Shown here: positions 40,046 to 48,912 of the stretch, piece by piece
How positions within the stretch are numbered: the first letter of the stretch is position 1
Layout of the letters: each line of letters starts with the position of its first letter
NCBI GenBank assembly: GCA_036339465.1
Contig: JAYZAY010000062.1
Location: forward strand, 64,001-128,000
Direction of reading: 5' to 3'
Length of the DNA: 64,000 bases
Source of the DNA: Myxococcota bacterium
Lineage (GTDB): Bacteria; Myxococcota; XYA12-FULL-58-9; JABJBS01
The notes under the pieces: model-generated
What the model was told of the DNA's origin: nothing
The model's database searches: none
The model's input: the letters and a program-made list of their open reading frames with translations, nothing else
Translations under genes and position numbers: made by a program

Positions 40046-41368
40046 ATGCTCTCTATGCATATGGAAATCCAATGCCCTAAATGCCAGACTCTCTTTTTAC
40101 TTGATGGCGACGTGGTCAATCAGCTACCCGTAGAGTTGCGTTGTAAGCATTGCTCGGCCCTGCTGGGGGTTGACCCAAAAGGCCTGGTTGCTCTTAGAGA
40201 TGACCTTGGCTCAGCCCGTTACTCGCTGCCGCGGGAAGAGTGGTGGTTATGGGTGGAGGGTGAGCGAGAAGGCCCTTATTCGCTGGAGGATTTAAAAGGG
40301 CAGGTAGGACGGGGACCATCCGGAAGCGATATCCTGGTTTTTGGTCCAGGTTTTGAGGAATGGAAGGTTTGTTTAGAGGTGCCTGAACTTTCGTCGTTGT
40401 TTAAGGGGGACGACAATGCTCGGGATTCGATTTTATCGAAAGAAAATGGCAAGCTTGAGGGTTTCATGCAGGCCAAGGAAATTACTGGTGATTTATGCGA
40501 GCCGGTATTGGGATTCAGTCCTCGGGCAGGAGAGGTATTGAAACGAAGTCGGTCGGTCGTGGGTGAAGCAAATTCTTCCCAAGAGCCGGTTTTCGAGTCA
40601 ATGAAATTTTTTGATTACGGTCAGATGGAATTGCCGGCACCATCCGAAGAAGAAGTATTGCGTCCCCGTGGAGAAACAGGTGGCTTGGTGATTGGGGTGG
40701 CTCTTCTTTTCGTCGTTGTAGGGGGATTGTTTTTGTGGGGACTTCAATTGGAGGAGGAAAAGGTCAGTGAATTTGGTCCGAGGAAATCGGATCAGACTTC
40801 TCAGACGCTGGATAATTTGGTGGTTCCGAATTGGAAACTGCGAGAATTTGCAAAGCCTCAAATCGAACCTCCAAAATCGAGTGAAGAGTTCTCCGGAGAT
40901 GCTGGGAGTTTGCGAGGACGTACTGATGCGTCCGACGAGGTCGGTCTGAGGAGACCAAAGGTAAGACACAAGAAAAGGATTTCTAAACGAACACAAAAAA
41001 AAGACGATATTTTGTCGGCAGGTGCGAAATCTGGGGATATTTTCTCGGTGGTGGAACGGCTCAAAACGAGGTTGACCTCAGGAGAGATCCAAGCAGAATT
41101 TCGTATGAAACGGGACGACTTACGTCCTTGTATTGCATCGGCGATTGCGAACGAGGAAGTGACTCCCGGGAGACATACAATCTATATTTCGGCGCGTATC
41201 AAACCTTCGGGTGAGGTTGCAGATACGAAAATGATTGAACCCTATTACTTATTGTCTACGTCTTTACCTGAGTGTTTGGCAAATACGATGCGTCGTTTGA
41301 AATTTGAACCATCATTGCGGGGCGGTGTGGTGGAACGGTTAATGATCCCATTTCGTTATCGGCCGTGA
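40046..41368 (+). CDS. gltJ: GltJ (AgmX)-like protein: zinc ribbon, GYF_2, TM helix, TonB-C-like domain
   Basis: CPKC...RCKHC; WWLWVEGEREGPYS...GFEEW...VPEL; TM IGVALLFVVVGGLFLW; C-terminal LRPCI...IKPSGEV...CL...LKF...IPFRY. Confidence 0.78.
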   Translation: MLSMHMEIQCPKCQTLFLLDGDVVNQLPVELRCKHCSALLGVDPKGLVALRDDLGSARYSLPREEWWLWVEGEREGPYSLEDLKGQVGRGPSGSDILVFGPGFEEWKVCLEVPELSSLFKGDDNARDSILSKENGKLEGFMQAKEITGDLCEPVLGFSPRAGEVLKRSRSVVGEANSSQEPVFESMKFFDYGQMELPAPSEEEVLRPRGETGGLVIGVALLFVVVGGLFLWGLQLEEEKVSEFGPRKSDQTSQTLDNLVVPNWKLREFAKPQIEPPKSSEEFSGDAGSLRGRTDASDEVGLRRPKVRHKKRISKRTQKKDDILSAGAKSGDIFSVVERLKTRLTSGEIQAEFRMKRDDLRPCIASAIANEEVTPGRHTIYISARIKPSGEVADTKMIEPYYLLSTSLPECLANTMRRLKFEPSLRGGVVERLMIPFRYRP

Positions 41369-41385
41369 GTAGTGTGAGAGAATGA

Positions 41386-42345
41386 ATGGCTCGTTGTGTC
41401 GTCAATATGTCTAAAGTTATGAAAAGATTTACTTGCACACTTTTCCTTATGGTTTGTGGATTAGGGGGGGGGAGTTGCGCCAGCTCTGATACCATCGCAA
41501 ACCTGTCTCCAGAACCTCGTTCCGCAGATTTCCCGTTTTGGTTGGCTCGGGATATTCAGGGTGGGGATTGGTGTGGTTTGGGGGCGGCGGGACCTGGTTA
41601 TGTGGGCTCTCCTTATCCAAAGGCAAAGGCGAAACAACGGGCGATTCATGATCTGGCGGGTGCCATTGAGACGGCCGTGTCCGAGGCTATGGTGGCAGTG
41701 CAGAGAGATCAAAGGACGATGATCGATTCTGCATCTCATTTGGAGGTAGCAGAGGAATTACTGCGGCGCGTGAGTCAGGAAGCGCAGGTAGATTATTGGT
41801 TTGATGGTTCTGGCTGGGGACCCTTCAGAAGTGAGGATTTTGTTTACGCAAGGGCATGTTTGCCCGTCGGTCACCCGCTTCTTCGGAAACTCAGCTCAGA
41901 ATTTAATAGCGAAGCACAGCAACGATTGCGGGGGATCCCCACGCCGGAAAAACAACCTCCATGGGTAGACGAAAGTGATCCGAGGAATCTTAAAGCTTTC
42001 AAATGTGCGGTGGGGTTTTCGCAGCCAACTTTTTTTCCTGACGCAAGTTTGGTGAACGTGATTGAGGATGTTCGGCGCCAGTTAAGCCTAGGACTGGAAA
42101 CACTGGTTTCTGAATATCAAGAGGAGCATCTAGCGGGGGCGTTCACTTCCCATGAAGTGATTACAGTGGCAACGAGTGAGGCGGTCTCGCGGGGAGCTCG
42201 TATTCTACAGTACTGGTTTGATCTTGATGGGATCGGCCCTCAAGGAACCAAGCGATCTACCTATGGATATGGATGTGTGCATACTTCTCGATTGCTGAAA
42301 AGTGTTACGGATATCTTGGGCTCGAAGAACCAGGGGGAAAACTAA
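41386..42345 (+). CDS. Lipoprotein with two tandem LPP20-like repeats
   Basis: Lipobox GGSC; duplicated unit C(G/A)(L/V)G...P...L...(I/L)ET.VSE...YWFD..G.GP...Y...C. Confidence 0.65.
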   Translation: MARCVVNMSKVMKRFTCTLFLMVCGLGGGSCASSDTIANLSPEPRSADFPFWLARDIQGGDWCGLGAAGPGYVGSPYPKAKAKQRAIHDLAGAIETAVSEAMVAVQRDQRTMIDSASHLEVAEELLRRVSQEAQVDYWFDGSGWGPFRSEDFVYARACLPVGHPLLRKLSSEFNSEAQQRLRGIPTPEKQPPWVDESDPRNLKAFKCAVGFSQPTFFPDASLVNVIEDVRRQLSLGLETLVSEYQEEHLAGAFTSHEVITVATSEAVSRGARILQYWFDLDGIGPQGTKRSTYGYGCVHTSRLLKSVTDILGSKNQGEN

Positions 42346-43220
42346 GTTACGGGAATGTATTTTTTCAGGAGAGGAGCCAGATCGCGCTTGATGCTCTTGG
42401 GGATCAATGCGGGATCGGTCATGATGGCATGCTCAAGGGCCGAGTCGGCCGGGGATTTAATATCCGGTCTGTTGCTCAGTTGGCGTAATTTCGGAATCGC
42501 TTTAAGTATCGCCCGCTGAACGTTCTCTGTGTTTTGTTTAAGGATTGTCACCACGGATTCAACGCTGACGTTTTCTTCTTCTTCGTGCCAACAATCATAG
42601 TCGGTGGATAGGGCTAAGGTGGCATATCGAAGCTCAGCTTCTCTCGCCAGTTTTGCCTCAGGGAGTGCCGTCATGCCAATCACATCCACTCCCCAAGAAC
42701 GGTACATATTGGATTCTGCACGGGATGAGAATGCGGGGCCTTCCATGCAAATATAAGTTCCGCCATGATGAACGGGAATATCACATTCTTTAACAGAGGT
42801 ATGGAGAACATCGCTTAGGATAGGGCAGACTGGATCAGCCATGGACACGTGACCGACAATGCCATTCCCAAAAAAGGACTGGCGTCGACCTGAGGTTCGG
42901 TCGATATATTGCGCGGGGATAACAATGTGTCCTGGGGGGATCTCTTGTTTCATCGACCCGACGGCCGAGGCGCTGATAACCCAACGGACTCCCAGTGTTT
43001 TCAATGCGAAAATATTAGCGTGGTAGGGGACTTCACTCGGAAGTAGTGTGTGTCCTCTTCCATGTCGAGGAATAAACACGACTTCGACGCCATCCAAGGT
43101 ACCGGCGATGAGCTTATCAGAGGTTGCTCCGAAGGGCGTTTCGATCTGAATTTCCCGTACTGATTGCAGTTCTTCAAGATTGTAGAGTCCGCTTCCGCCT
43201 ATGATTCCTATAGTCGTCAT
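42342..43220 (-). CDS. mtnP: S-methyl-5'-thioadenosine phosphorylase
   Basis: IGIIGGSGLY, PRHGRGH, EGPAFSSRAES, GMTALPEAKLAREA, TDYDCWH. Confidence 0.95.
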   Translation of the reverse strand: MTTIGIIGGSGLYNLEELQSVREIQIETPFGATSDKLIAGTLDGVEVVFIPRHGRGHTLLPSEVPYHANIFALKTLGVRWVISASAVGSMKQEIPPGHIVIPAQYIDRTSGRRQSFFGNGIVGHVSMADPVCPILSDVLHTSVKECDIPVHHGGTYICMEGPAFSSRAESNMYRSWGVDVIGMTALPEAKLAREAELRYATLALSTDYDCWHEEEENVSVESVVTILKQNTENVQRAILKAIPKLRQLSNRPDIKSPADSALEHAIMTDPALIPKSIKRDLAPLLKKYIPVT

Positions 43221-43246
43221 TTTATCCTCTCAGTTTTTGTGATGTT

Positions 43247-44605
43247 TTATAGCATGAGGCGAATGTTCAAACCTAAGGACCAGAAAAAATAATCTTGGCT
43301 TCGGAAGCGAAATCCAATTTGGTCGTAGGACTGTTGTGTACTGTTCTGATCACAAAGGTCATTTCCGTCATTCCCACAATAATAGGGATTAAGGAGATCG
43401 TTATCTTCGCTACGAACCTTATTGTCACCATTTTTGTCCTCGCCCACGTTCTCATTGGTTAGGAAGTAGGGGCTTCGAGTTCCTAGAGAGAAATCGAGTT
43501 CTATCCGAACAAATTTATTGGGTTGGGCGAGAGCATGAAAAACACCTCCAAATTCAAAGAATTGGTCAGTGAAGGTCAATTCATTTAAAGGTGCGGTTAA
43601 CAAACTGTAGTTTCTGCCCTCTGAGTGGAAGTCAGCTTCGAAGCCGAAATCCAGTGAGTAGAGGTGGTTTTGGGCTAGGTCTTCGTGGAGGACAATTTCG
43701 AGCCCGCCCATGATCTGCGCTGTATGGGATGGGGGGGTTCCAAATGTGTTAGAGGGTTTGTAGAGGAGTGGTTCCTCTGCGAGGGAGCGATCGGGAACGG
43801 GAAGGGTATAGGAAATGAGGACGTATGGGTCTAGATATCCACGCCGTTGAATGTTCGGATCGATACCTATCATTCCTCGCTCGGCGACTCGTTTTGAGAA
43901 TGCGGTGCCGAAGGTTAGGAAATGGACGCCGGTTCCGACTGGCTTACTCGATTTCACTTTGTCAGCCATGGGTTTGTAGACCGAGCTGGTGTATGGCATG
44001 GCCCATTTGAAGAAGAGCAGCCAGCTGGGGTCCGTTTTAACTCGTTCATCATTGAGCGGTGCATAACGGAGTCCGAGTTTCATTTGCCCCACGCCGCCGA
44101 AGTCTGCGCTATAATTTTGAGCGAAAAGTGTTTTCGCCGGATTTCCCGTATCCTGTGGGTCGATACTGCTTTGTTTGGAAGTGATTCCTGCTGGGTAGCC
44201 AAACGTTAGGGTCCTATTGATGATGATGGGCAAATCGAGGGTGAGGGCGAGATCCCTAAACAGCCCTAATTGGGCTTGGAATTCCATCACCATCTCGCTT
44301 CGATGAAAGCTTAGTTCATCGCGGAAGTCGCATTTTCCAGGTGAGCTAGGGCTACACGGGTCGTCTTGTAAGATTCCATTGATTGGTTCGCGCCCAATGA
44401 TTCCGCTCTCGGAGCGATAAACAAATTCCGTTCCGATATAAACATCGAATGGGTCTTCCTGGGCTTTTCCATTGATAGTCACTGAATCGACAGCGTCGGC
44501 GGTATCCGTCAGTCGCCCACCTTGAGCTGGAAGGCTCACGCCCACGAGCAAAATCGAAGTTAAAACACGAATGACTCCAGGTCTTGGGGGTTTTGGAAAT
44601 GTCAC
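43247..44605 (-). CDS. Putative outer-membrane beta-barrel protein
   Basis: Signal peptide (LPAQG), amphipathic beta strands, terminal strand WSLGLNIRLML, two Cys pairs, DKNGDNK loop. Confidence 0.55.
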   Translation of the reverse strand: MTFPKPPRPGVIRVLTSILLVGVSLPAQGGRLTDTADAVDSVTINGKAQEDPFDVYIGTEFVYRSESGIIGREPINGILQDDPCSPSSPGKCDFRDELSFHRSEMVMEFQAQLGLFRDLALTLDLPIIINRTLTFGYPAGITSKQSSIDPQDTGNPAKTLFAQNYSADFGGVGQMKLGLRYAPLNDERVKTDPSWLLFFKWAMPYTSSVYKPMADKVKSSKPVGTGVHFLTFGTAFSKRVAERGMIGIDPNIQRRGYLDPYVLISYTLPVPDRSLAEEPLLYKPSNTFGTPPSHTAQIMGGLEIVLHEDLAQNHLYSLDFGFEADFHSEGRNYSLLTAPLNELTFTDQFFEFGGVFHALAQPNKFVRIELDFSLGTRSPYFLTNENVGEDKNGDNKVRSEDNDLLNPYYCGNDGNDLCDQNSTQQSYDQIGFRFRSQDYFFWSLGLNIRLML

Positions 44606-44739
44606 CTCTTAGACTCCCTCTTTGTTGGCCTTGTAAAAAGGCAGCGTTGGTATAGCCATTCGAGGGCACTCTGTACAGCGGCAATTTTGGCTATTGTACT
44701 TGGTTATTCAAGAGATTTTGAGAGGCGTGTGTTCTTTGC

Positions 44740-46161
44740 CTACGCTTTTGTCTCCGGTTCTCTTAGCCCAAACTCCTTCATTTTGTTCTGAAGTCCTTTT
44801 CGACTGATCTGGAGGAGATTGGCGGCTCGAGTGACGTTGCCGTGTGTGGCTTCAAGGGCTCGGATAATGAGATCTCGTTCTATTTCAACGGTAGCTTGTC
44901 GAACGATGTCGCGCATGGAGGTCTTGCCGGTTTCGAGATTATTTATATCGTGGGCTCCGACTTCCTTACGACTTTCCCGCTGAGTGGTGGATTTCGAGGC
45001 ACTTTGTCGGAGGAATTCAGGAAGTTGGTCGATTCCGATGGTGGTGCCGTCTGTAAACAAAACGGTTCTTTCAATCACGTTTTCGAGTTCTCGAATATTT
45101 CCGGGCCAGTGATAGGCCGTCAATGTGGCCAGCGCTTCGGGGGTTATGGTTTCGATTTCTCGCTTGAGTCGCTCGTTGAATTTTTCAAGAAAGGCGGAGG
45201 CCAAAAGCGCAATATCGTCACGTCGGTTCTTGAGGGAGGGAAGCTTTATGGGGACAACGTTGAGTCGATAGTAGAGGTCTTCTCTGAAGGTGCCTTCGGC
45301 AATCTCCAGTTGGAGATGGCGGTTGGTGGAAGCAATAACCCTCACATTGACATTGATGGTTTTGAGCCCGCCTACGCGTTCGAATTCCGATTCCTGGAGA
45401 GCTCGGAGAAGCTTTACTTGCATGGAAGGGGGGATTTCCCCAATTTCATCGAGGAAAAGGGTTCCGCCGTGGGCGAGTTCAAATCGGCCTGGCTTGGAAT
45501 TTACGGCTCCAGTAAATGCCCCCTGTTCATAACCAAAAAATTCACTTTCTAGGAGGTCTTTGGGAATCGCGGCGCAATTGACCTTGATGAAAGGCATGTT
45601 TCGTCGGCCACTATTTTGATGGAGGGCGGTGGCGATGAGTTCTTTTCCTGTACCGGATTCACCGGTAATGAGCACTGTGGACGGGCTATCGGCCACTTTT
45701 TCAATGGTGCGATAAATATCCATCATACTCTTGGAATTCCCAACAATTTGGTAGCGACCTTGGTGGTCGAGGATGGTCAGGGGGAGTCGAGTCGCGCCTC
45801 TCTTTTTGCCGGTGACTTTTCTTACAGCTCTTTTTAGTTCATCTTTATCGAATGGCTTTGTGATGTAATCGGATGCGCCGGCCTTTAAAGCACCTACTGC
45901 GGTGTCGACCGAGCCGTGGGCTGTGATGACGATGGTGGGCAAATCAGGATCTATTTCACGTGTGGCTCGGAGTAGCTCCATGCCGCCCATGCCCGGCATT
46001 TTCAGGTCTGTAATGAGTACATCTGGTATGTTCTTTTTTAGAGATTCTAGTGCTTTGAAGCCATCTTCTACCGCGGTGGCTTGGTGTCCATCCTGCTTGA
46101 GAAGGGCGACCAATACCTTTCTCAAATTCGCTTCATCATCCGCAATTAATACTTCAGCCAT
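44740..46161 (-). CDS. Sigma-54-dependent response regulator (NtrC family)
   Basis: Receiver domain (ADDE, TDLKMP, KPF), GESGTGKE, GAFTGA, FLDEIGE, WPGNIRELEN, C-terminal HTH. Confidence 0.96.
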   Translation of the reverse strand: MAEVLIADDEANLRKVLVALLKQDGHQATAVEDGFKALESLKKNIPDVLITDLKMPGMGGMELLRATREIDPDLPTIVITAHGSVDTAVGALKAGASDYITKPFDKDELKRAVRKVTGKKRGATRLPLTILDHQGRYQIVGNSKSMMDIYRTIEKVADSPSTVLITGESGTGKELIATALHQNSGRRNMPFIKVNCAAIPKDLLESEFFGYEQGAFTGAVNSKPGRFELAHGGTLFLDEIGEIPPSMQVKLLRALQESEFERVGGLKTINVNVRVIASTNRHLQLEIAEGTFREDLYYRLNVVPIKLPSLKNRRDDIALLASAFLEKFNERLKREIETITPEALATLTAYHWPGNIRELENVIERTVLFTDGTTIGIDQLPEFLRQSASKSTTQRESRKEVGAHDINNLETGKTSMRDIVRQATVEIERDLIIRALEATHGNVTRAANLLQISRKGLQNKMKEFGLREPETKA

Positions 46162-46385
46162 GGGAATACTCTCGCCTTGCGATTTAGGGACGAATGTGTC
46201 AGAGCCACCGAATACTCACTCTCTGTCCATTAGGCAAATTCAATCTACCGGTTCCGATTTTTACAGGCATTAGAATCGGAATGCTAACGTTTAGCCCATG
46301 GGCAGGAGCAAATGTTACTCGGTCATCCGCAAGATAAAGACGACAGTGTTGGTTGTTTCCGGATAAATTGAATTAATTATTTCTG

Positions 46386-46616
46386 TCAAAGGCGAAGACG
46401 TCGTTGTTTCTGAAAATGAGTTGCCTCTGATTTATCATTTGCAGGTGGTCGATTGCGATAATCCTCCGGATGAGGTTCCCAATCCATGTTGATTGGGATT
46501 TCGAGGATATGGATGAATTCAGTGACGACGAAGGGATTGACGTTGAATTTGAACCCGATTTGTTGGATGAGGTGGGTATTTCGAAGATTTTTTCTTTTGT
46601 TTTCGATTGGTTGCAT
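46386..46616 (-). CDS. Possible small hypothetical protein (76 aa)
   Basis: AGGA about 8 nt upstream of the ATG, in a 530 bp gap; no motif. Confidence 0.25.
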   Translation of the reverse strand: MQPIENKRKNLRNTHLIQQIGFKFNVNPFVVTEFIHILEIPINMDWEPHPEDYRNRPPANDKSEATHFQKQRRLRL

Positions 46617-46693
46617 ATTTGAGTCCTGCCGAAGGTGGATACACTCGGTCTTTTAGTTGGACTTTTGTAGGAGGGCGTGAGCTAAATTGAGGG

Positions 46694-47251
46694 GTGATTA
46701 ATCCATGTCCTCTCGTCTTTTTATTCCTTTTGTTCGGGGTGGTCGTGGGTTTGTTTTCCTGTAGTCCTGAGCTTAGTAGTCTCCCCCTCAAGAACAGAAT
46801 CAGCGTTGAAAGTCTGACTCCGAAGGGTCTGACCAAGAAGCATTCTACTATCGAGTTGCTGGTAAAAGGGGCTCAGGGTACCGAGGCGAAAGGGCAATCT
46901 GGGGCCAAAGTGACGGTTCGAGCGTCGGGCGCAGTCCGTGAGTGGATTTATGGCTTGGAATTACAGTTTGCGTTGGAAACTACCTCAGGTAAAAAGATTC
47001 GCGGGTTTAAGAGGCAAACCAGTAGATGTTTGGTTCGTTACCTTTTAGGAGGGAAACCTACGGTAATCGAATACGATGTTGTTCCATCATCCATGGAGGT
47101 GGCAGGCACGGTGGGGGGAGATTTCTCTTTTCGTGGCCTCTGCCTGAAAAAGGCGAGGAGACAGGGCGATAATCCAAAAAAGGGCCTGTGGCTACCGAAT
47201 AAACTTCAGGTATTAGGCGACGTTACTGTACAGTGGCGTCGCGATTCCTAG
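46694..47251 (+). CDS. Hypothetical lipoprotein
   Basis: Hydrophobic N-terminus with lipobox LFSC; beta-rich, basic mature part. Confidence 0.55.
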   Translation: MINPCPLVFLFLLFGVVVGLFSCSPELSSLPLKNRISVESLTPKGLTKKHSTIELLVKGAQGTEAKGQSGAKVTVRASGAVREWIYGLELQFALETTSGKKIRGFKRQTSRCLVRYLLGGKPTVIEYDVVPSSMEVAGTVGGDFSFRGLCLKKARRQGDNPKKGLWLPNKLQVLGDVTVQWRRDS

Positions 47252-47277
47252 GGGGGCTTGGTTATTCGGCCCCATAC

Positions 47278-47724
47278 TCAATCTACATAGCTACTCAGGA
47301 CACCGACTATTCCGGGAACGGCTGCCTCTACGTGTTGTATGCCGAAGGGTCTTAGTTTCTTATAAGTCTTCTTAATCACGATATTTTTCGCACTTTCTAT
47401 TCGTTTATCCGTGACTGAAATCAGCGCGTTGGCCAGGGCGGCTTGTTGCGGTAGCCAATGCTCTTTTAGGTTTGCACTTCTTGGCTGCGCCGTTCTGTAG
47501 CTTTGGTAGAAAGGTTCCATCGCCTGAATGAATTCATCGAGAAGCATGTTAACAGCATCGGTCACTATCTTTGGATTGATGGCCTGGAGTATCTTGACGC
47601 CGGTTTTGATTGCGGCTCCTGGAATCCCTTTCTTATGTGAGACTTCGGTTTCGACCAATCGAACGCAGTCCTTGACGAGATGGGTTCGCTGTTGTGAGCT
47701 CACAATTTCAGTCAGTGTTTTCAT
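47278..47724 (-). CDS. DUF6918-like hypothetical protein
   Basis: LVKDCVRLVETEVSHKKGIPGAAIK...ALISVTDKR...KKTYKKLRP...HVEAAVP. Confidence 0.65.
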   Translation of the reverse strand: MKTLTEIVSSQQRTHLVKDCVRLVETEVSHKKGIPGAAIKTGVKILQAINPKIVTDAVNMLLDEFIQAMEPFYQSYRTAQPRSANLKEHWLPQQAALANALISVTDKRIESAKNIVIKKTYKKLRPFGIQHVEAAVPGIVGVLSSYVD

Positions 47725-48062
47725 GGTGGTTGCCGTTCCTTGTGCTGCGCTCTAGCCGGCTTCAGGCGGTGTCGAGATTCTTCTTCTATGGGCGAAGTTG
47801 ACACGTTTTCTAGTAAATTCGTACCGAATAAAGCACTTTCCGATGATCCTGTAAGGACTAAGGGCGTCAAAACCTACGGATCTCTGAGGTTTGCACCCTC
47901 GGAACTTTGATAATTTTAGTCCAAGGCCCATTGCTGGGTCACAGAACATCTGCTACAAGTCGCCGCTCCACGAAGGCGGAAGTTGTAGGACGCAGAGGGC
48001 CACAAAGCGGATTTTCTAGTGGCTTCCCCAAAGCGTCGGTACAGATTTTTCGAGGAGGCAAC

Positions 48063-48878
48063 GTGCGAGTTCTTACTATTTTAACATTCTTAGTGTGTTT
48101 CAGTACCAGCTTATATGCCGCAGAACCCCCAGGGTATGAAGCAGATCCGTTTGATGATTACGCATTAACGGATGAATCTTTGATCTTGGATATTGAGTTT
48201 CCCACTGCTTACACGGGGGAGATAGGGGTTTTATTCAATTCCAGTATGATCGATGAATATTCTTCCCACCTTGGCGGGCTTGTCGACTTTACCTATTTCT
48301 ATTACCCCACCTTGGCGGTCAATATCGGTTTTGGTTATGTCCATGGTTCGCTGACCCCTATCGTCACTGATCAGCAGGGCATTATCGGGAATAAGGTCCA
48401 AAAATGCATCGATGACAAGGTTGGTTGCGACGATGCGAGTTTGAAACCTTACGTTCCTCATTACAAACAGATTACCGGTTTTGCGAATGTTTCCGCCATA
48501 TGGGCGCCCCTCTATGGAAAACTAAACTTGGTAAGCGAGTTGGATTTAAATCTGCAAGTTTACGTGCTTTTAGGAGCGGGTATTAACGGGACCCAGGAAC
48601 AAGATGTCCAATACAATGACAATGTCCCCGAGCGCTATACTCTGTCAACCGAGGGAGGATTCTTCAATGAGCCCAAGCCGCATTTCACCTACGGTGGTGG
48701 TATCAAAGTCTTCATCTTGGATTGGATGGCACTTCGCACCGAGATTCGCGGAATTGGCTTTTTCGATACTTTTGACATGACCGCCCGAAGTTATGCTGAA
48801 AGCGATGACAAAAATGCCGAGGCCTATTTTGCAGGGTACTATTTCGTGAACGCTGGGCTGAGTTTTACGCTTTTCTAG
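48063..48878 (+). CDS. GltA/GltB (NfsA/NfsB)-type outer-membrane beta-barrel
   Basis: GAGGAGG RBS + GTG; signal peptide; WAPLYGKLNL...LQVYVLLGAG; GGGIKVF...ALRTEIR; terminal AGLSFTLF. Confidence 0.8.
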   Translation: MRVLTILTFLVCFSTSLYAAEPPGYEADPFDDYALTDESLILDIEFPTAYTGEIGVLFNSSMIDEYSSHLGGLVDFTYFYYPTLAVNIGFGYVHGSLTPIVTDQQGIIGNKVQKCIDDKVGCDDASLKPYVPHYKQITGFANVSAIWAPLYGKLNLVSELDLNLQVYVLLGAGINGTQEQDVQYNDNVPERYTLSTEGGFFNEPKPHFTYGGGIKVFILDWMALRTEIRGIGFFDTFDMTARSYAESDDKNAEAYFAGYYFVNAGLSFTLF

Positions 48879-48912
48879 GTTGAATATAAGCAATTGAAAT
48901 GAAGGTAGAGTA

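Noticed and set aside
22405..42345. Genomic island or prophage
   Set aside because: No integrase, transposase, tRNA, att-like repeat or phage gene; the ORFs are paralogs of resident glt genes.
44842..45552. 236-aa antisense ORF (also 11349-12032, 15037-15564, 32255-32812 and similar)
   Set aside because: Shadow ORFs opposite convincing genes, with no motifs of their own.
46694..47251. GltK (CglC) lipoprotein
   Set aside because: Lies near the glt operon but is separated by an opposite-strand gene, and I see no recognisable GltK similarity.
47930..48030. c-di-GMP-I riboswitch (GGACGCAGAGGGCC resembles GGACGCAAAGCC)
   Set aside because: No GGCAAA segment, GNRA tetraloop or tetraloop receptor; kept only as an unassigned structured leader.
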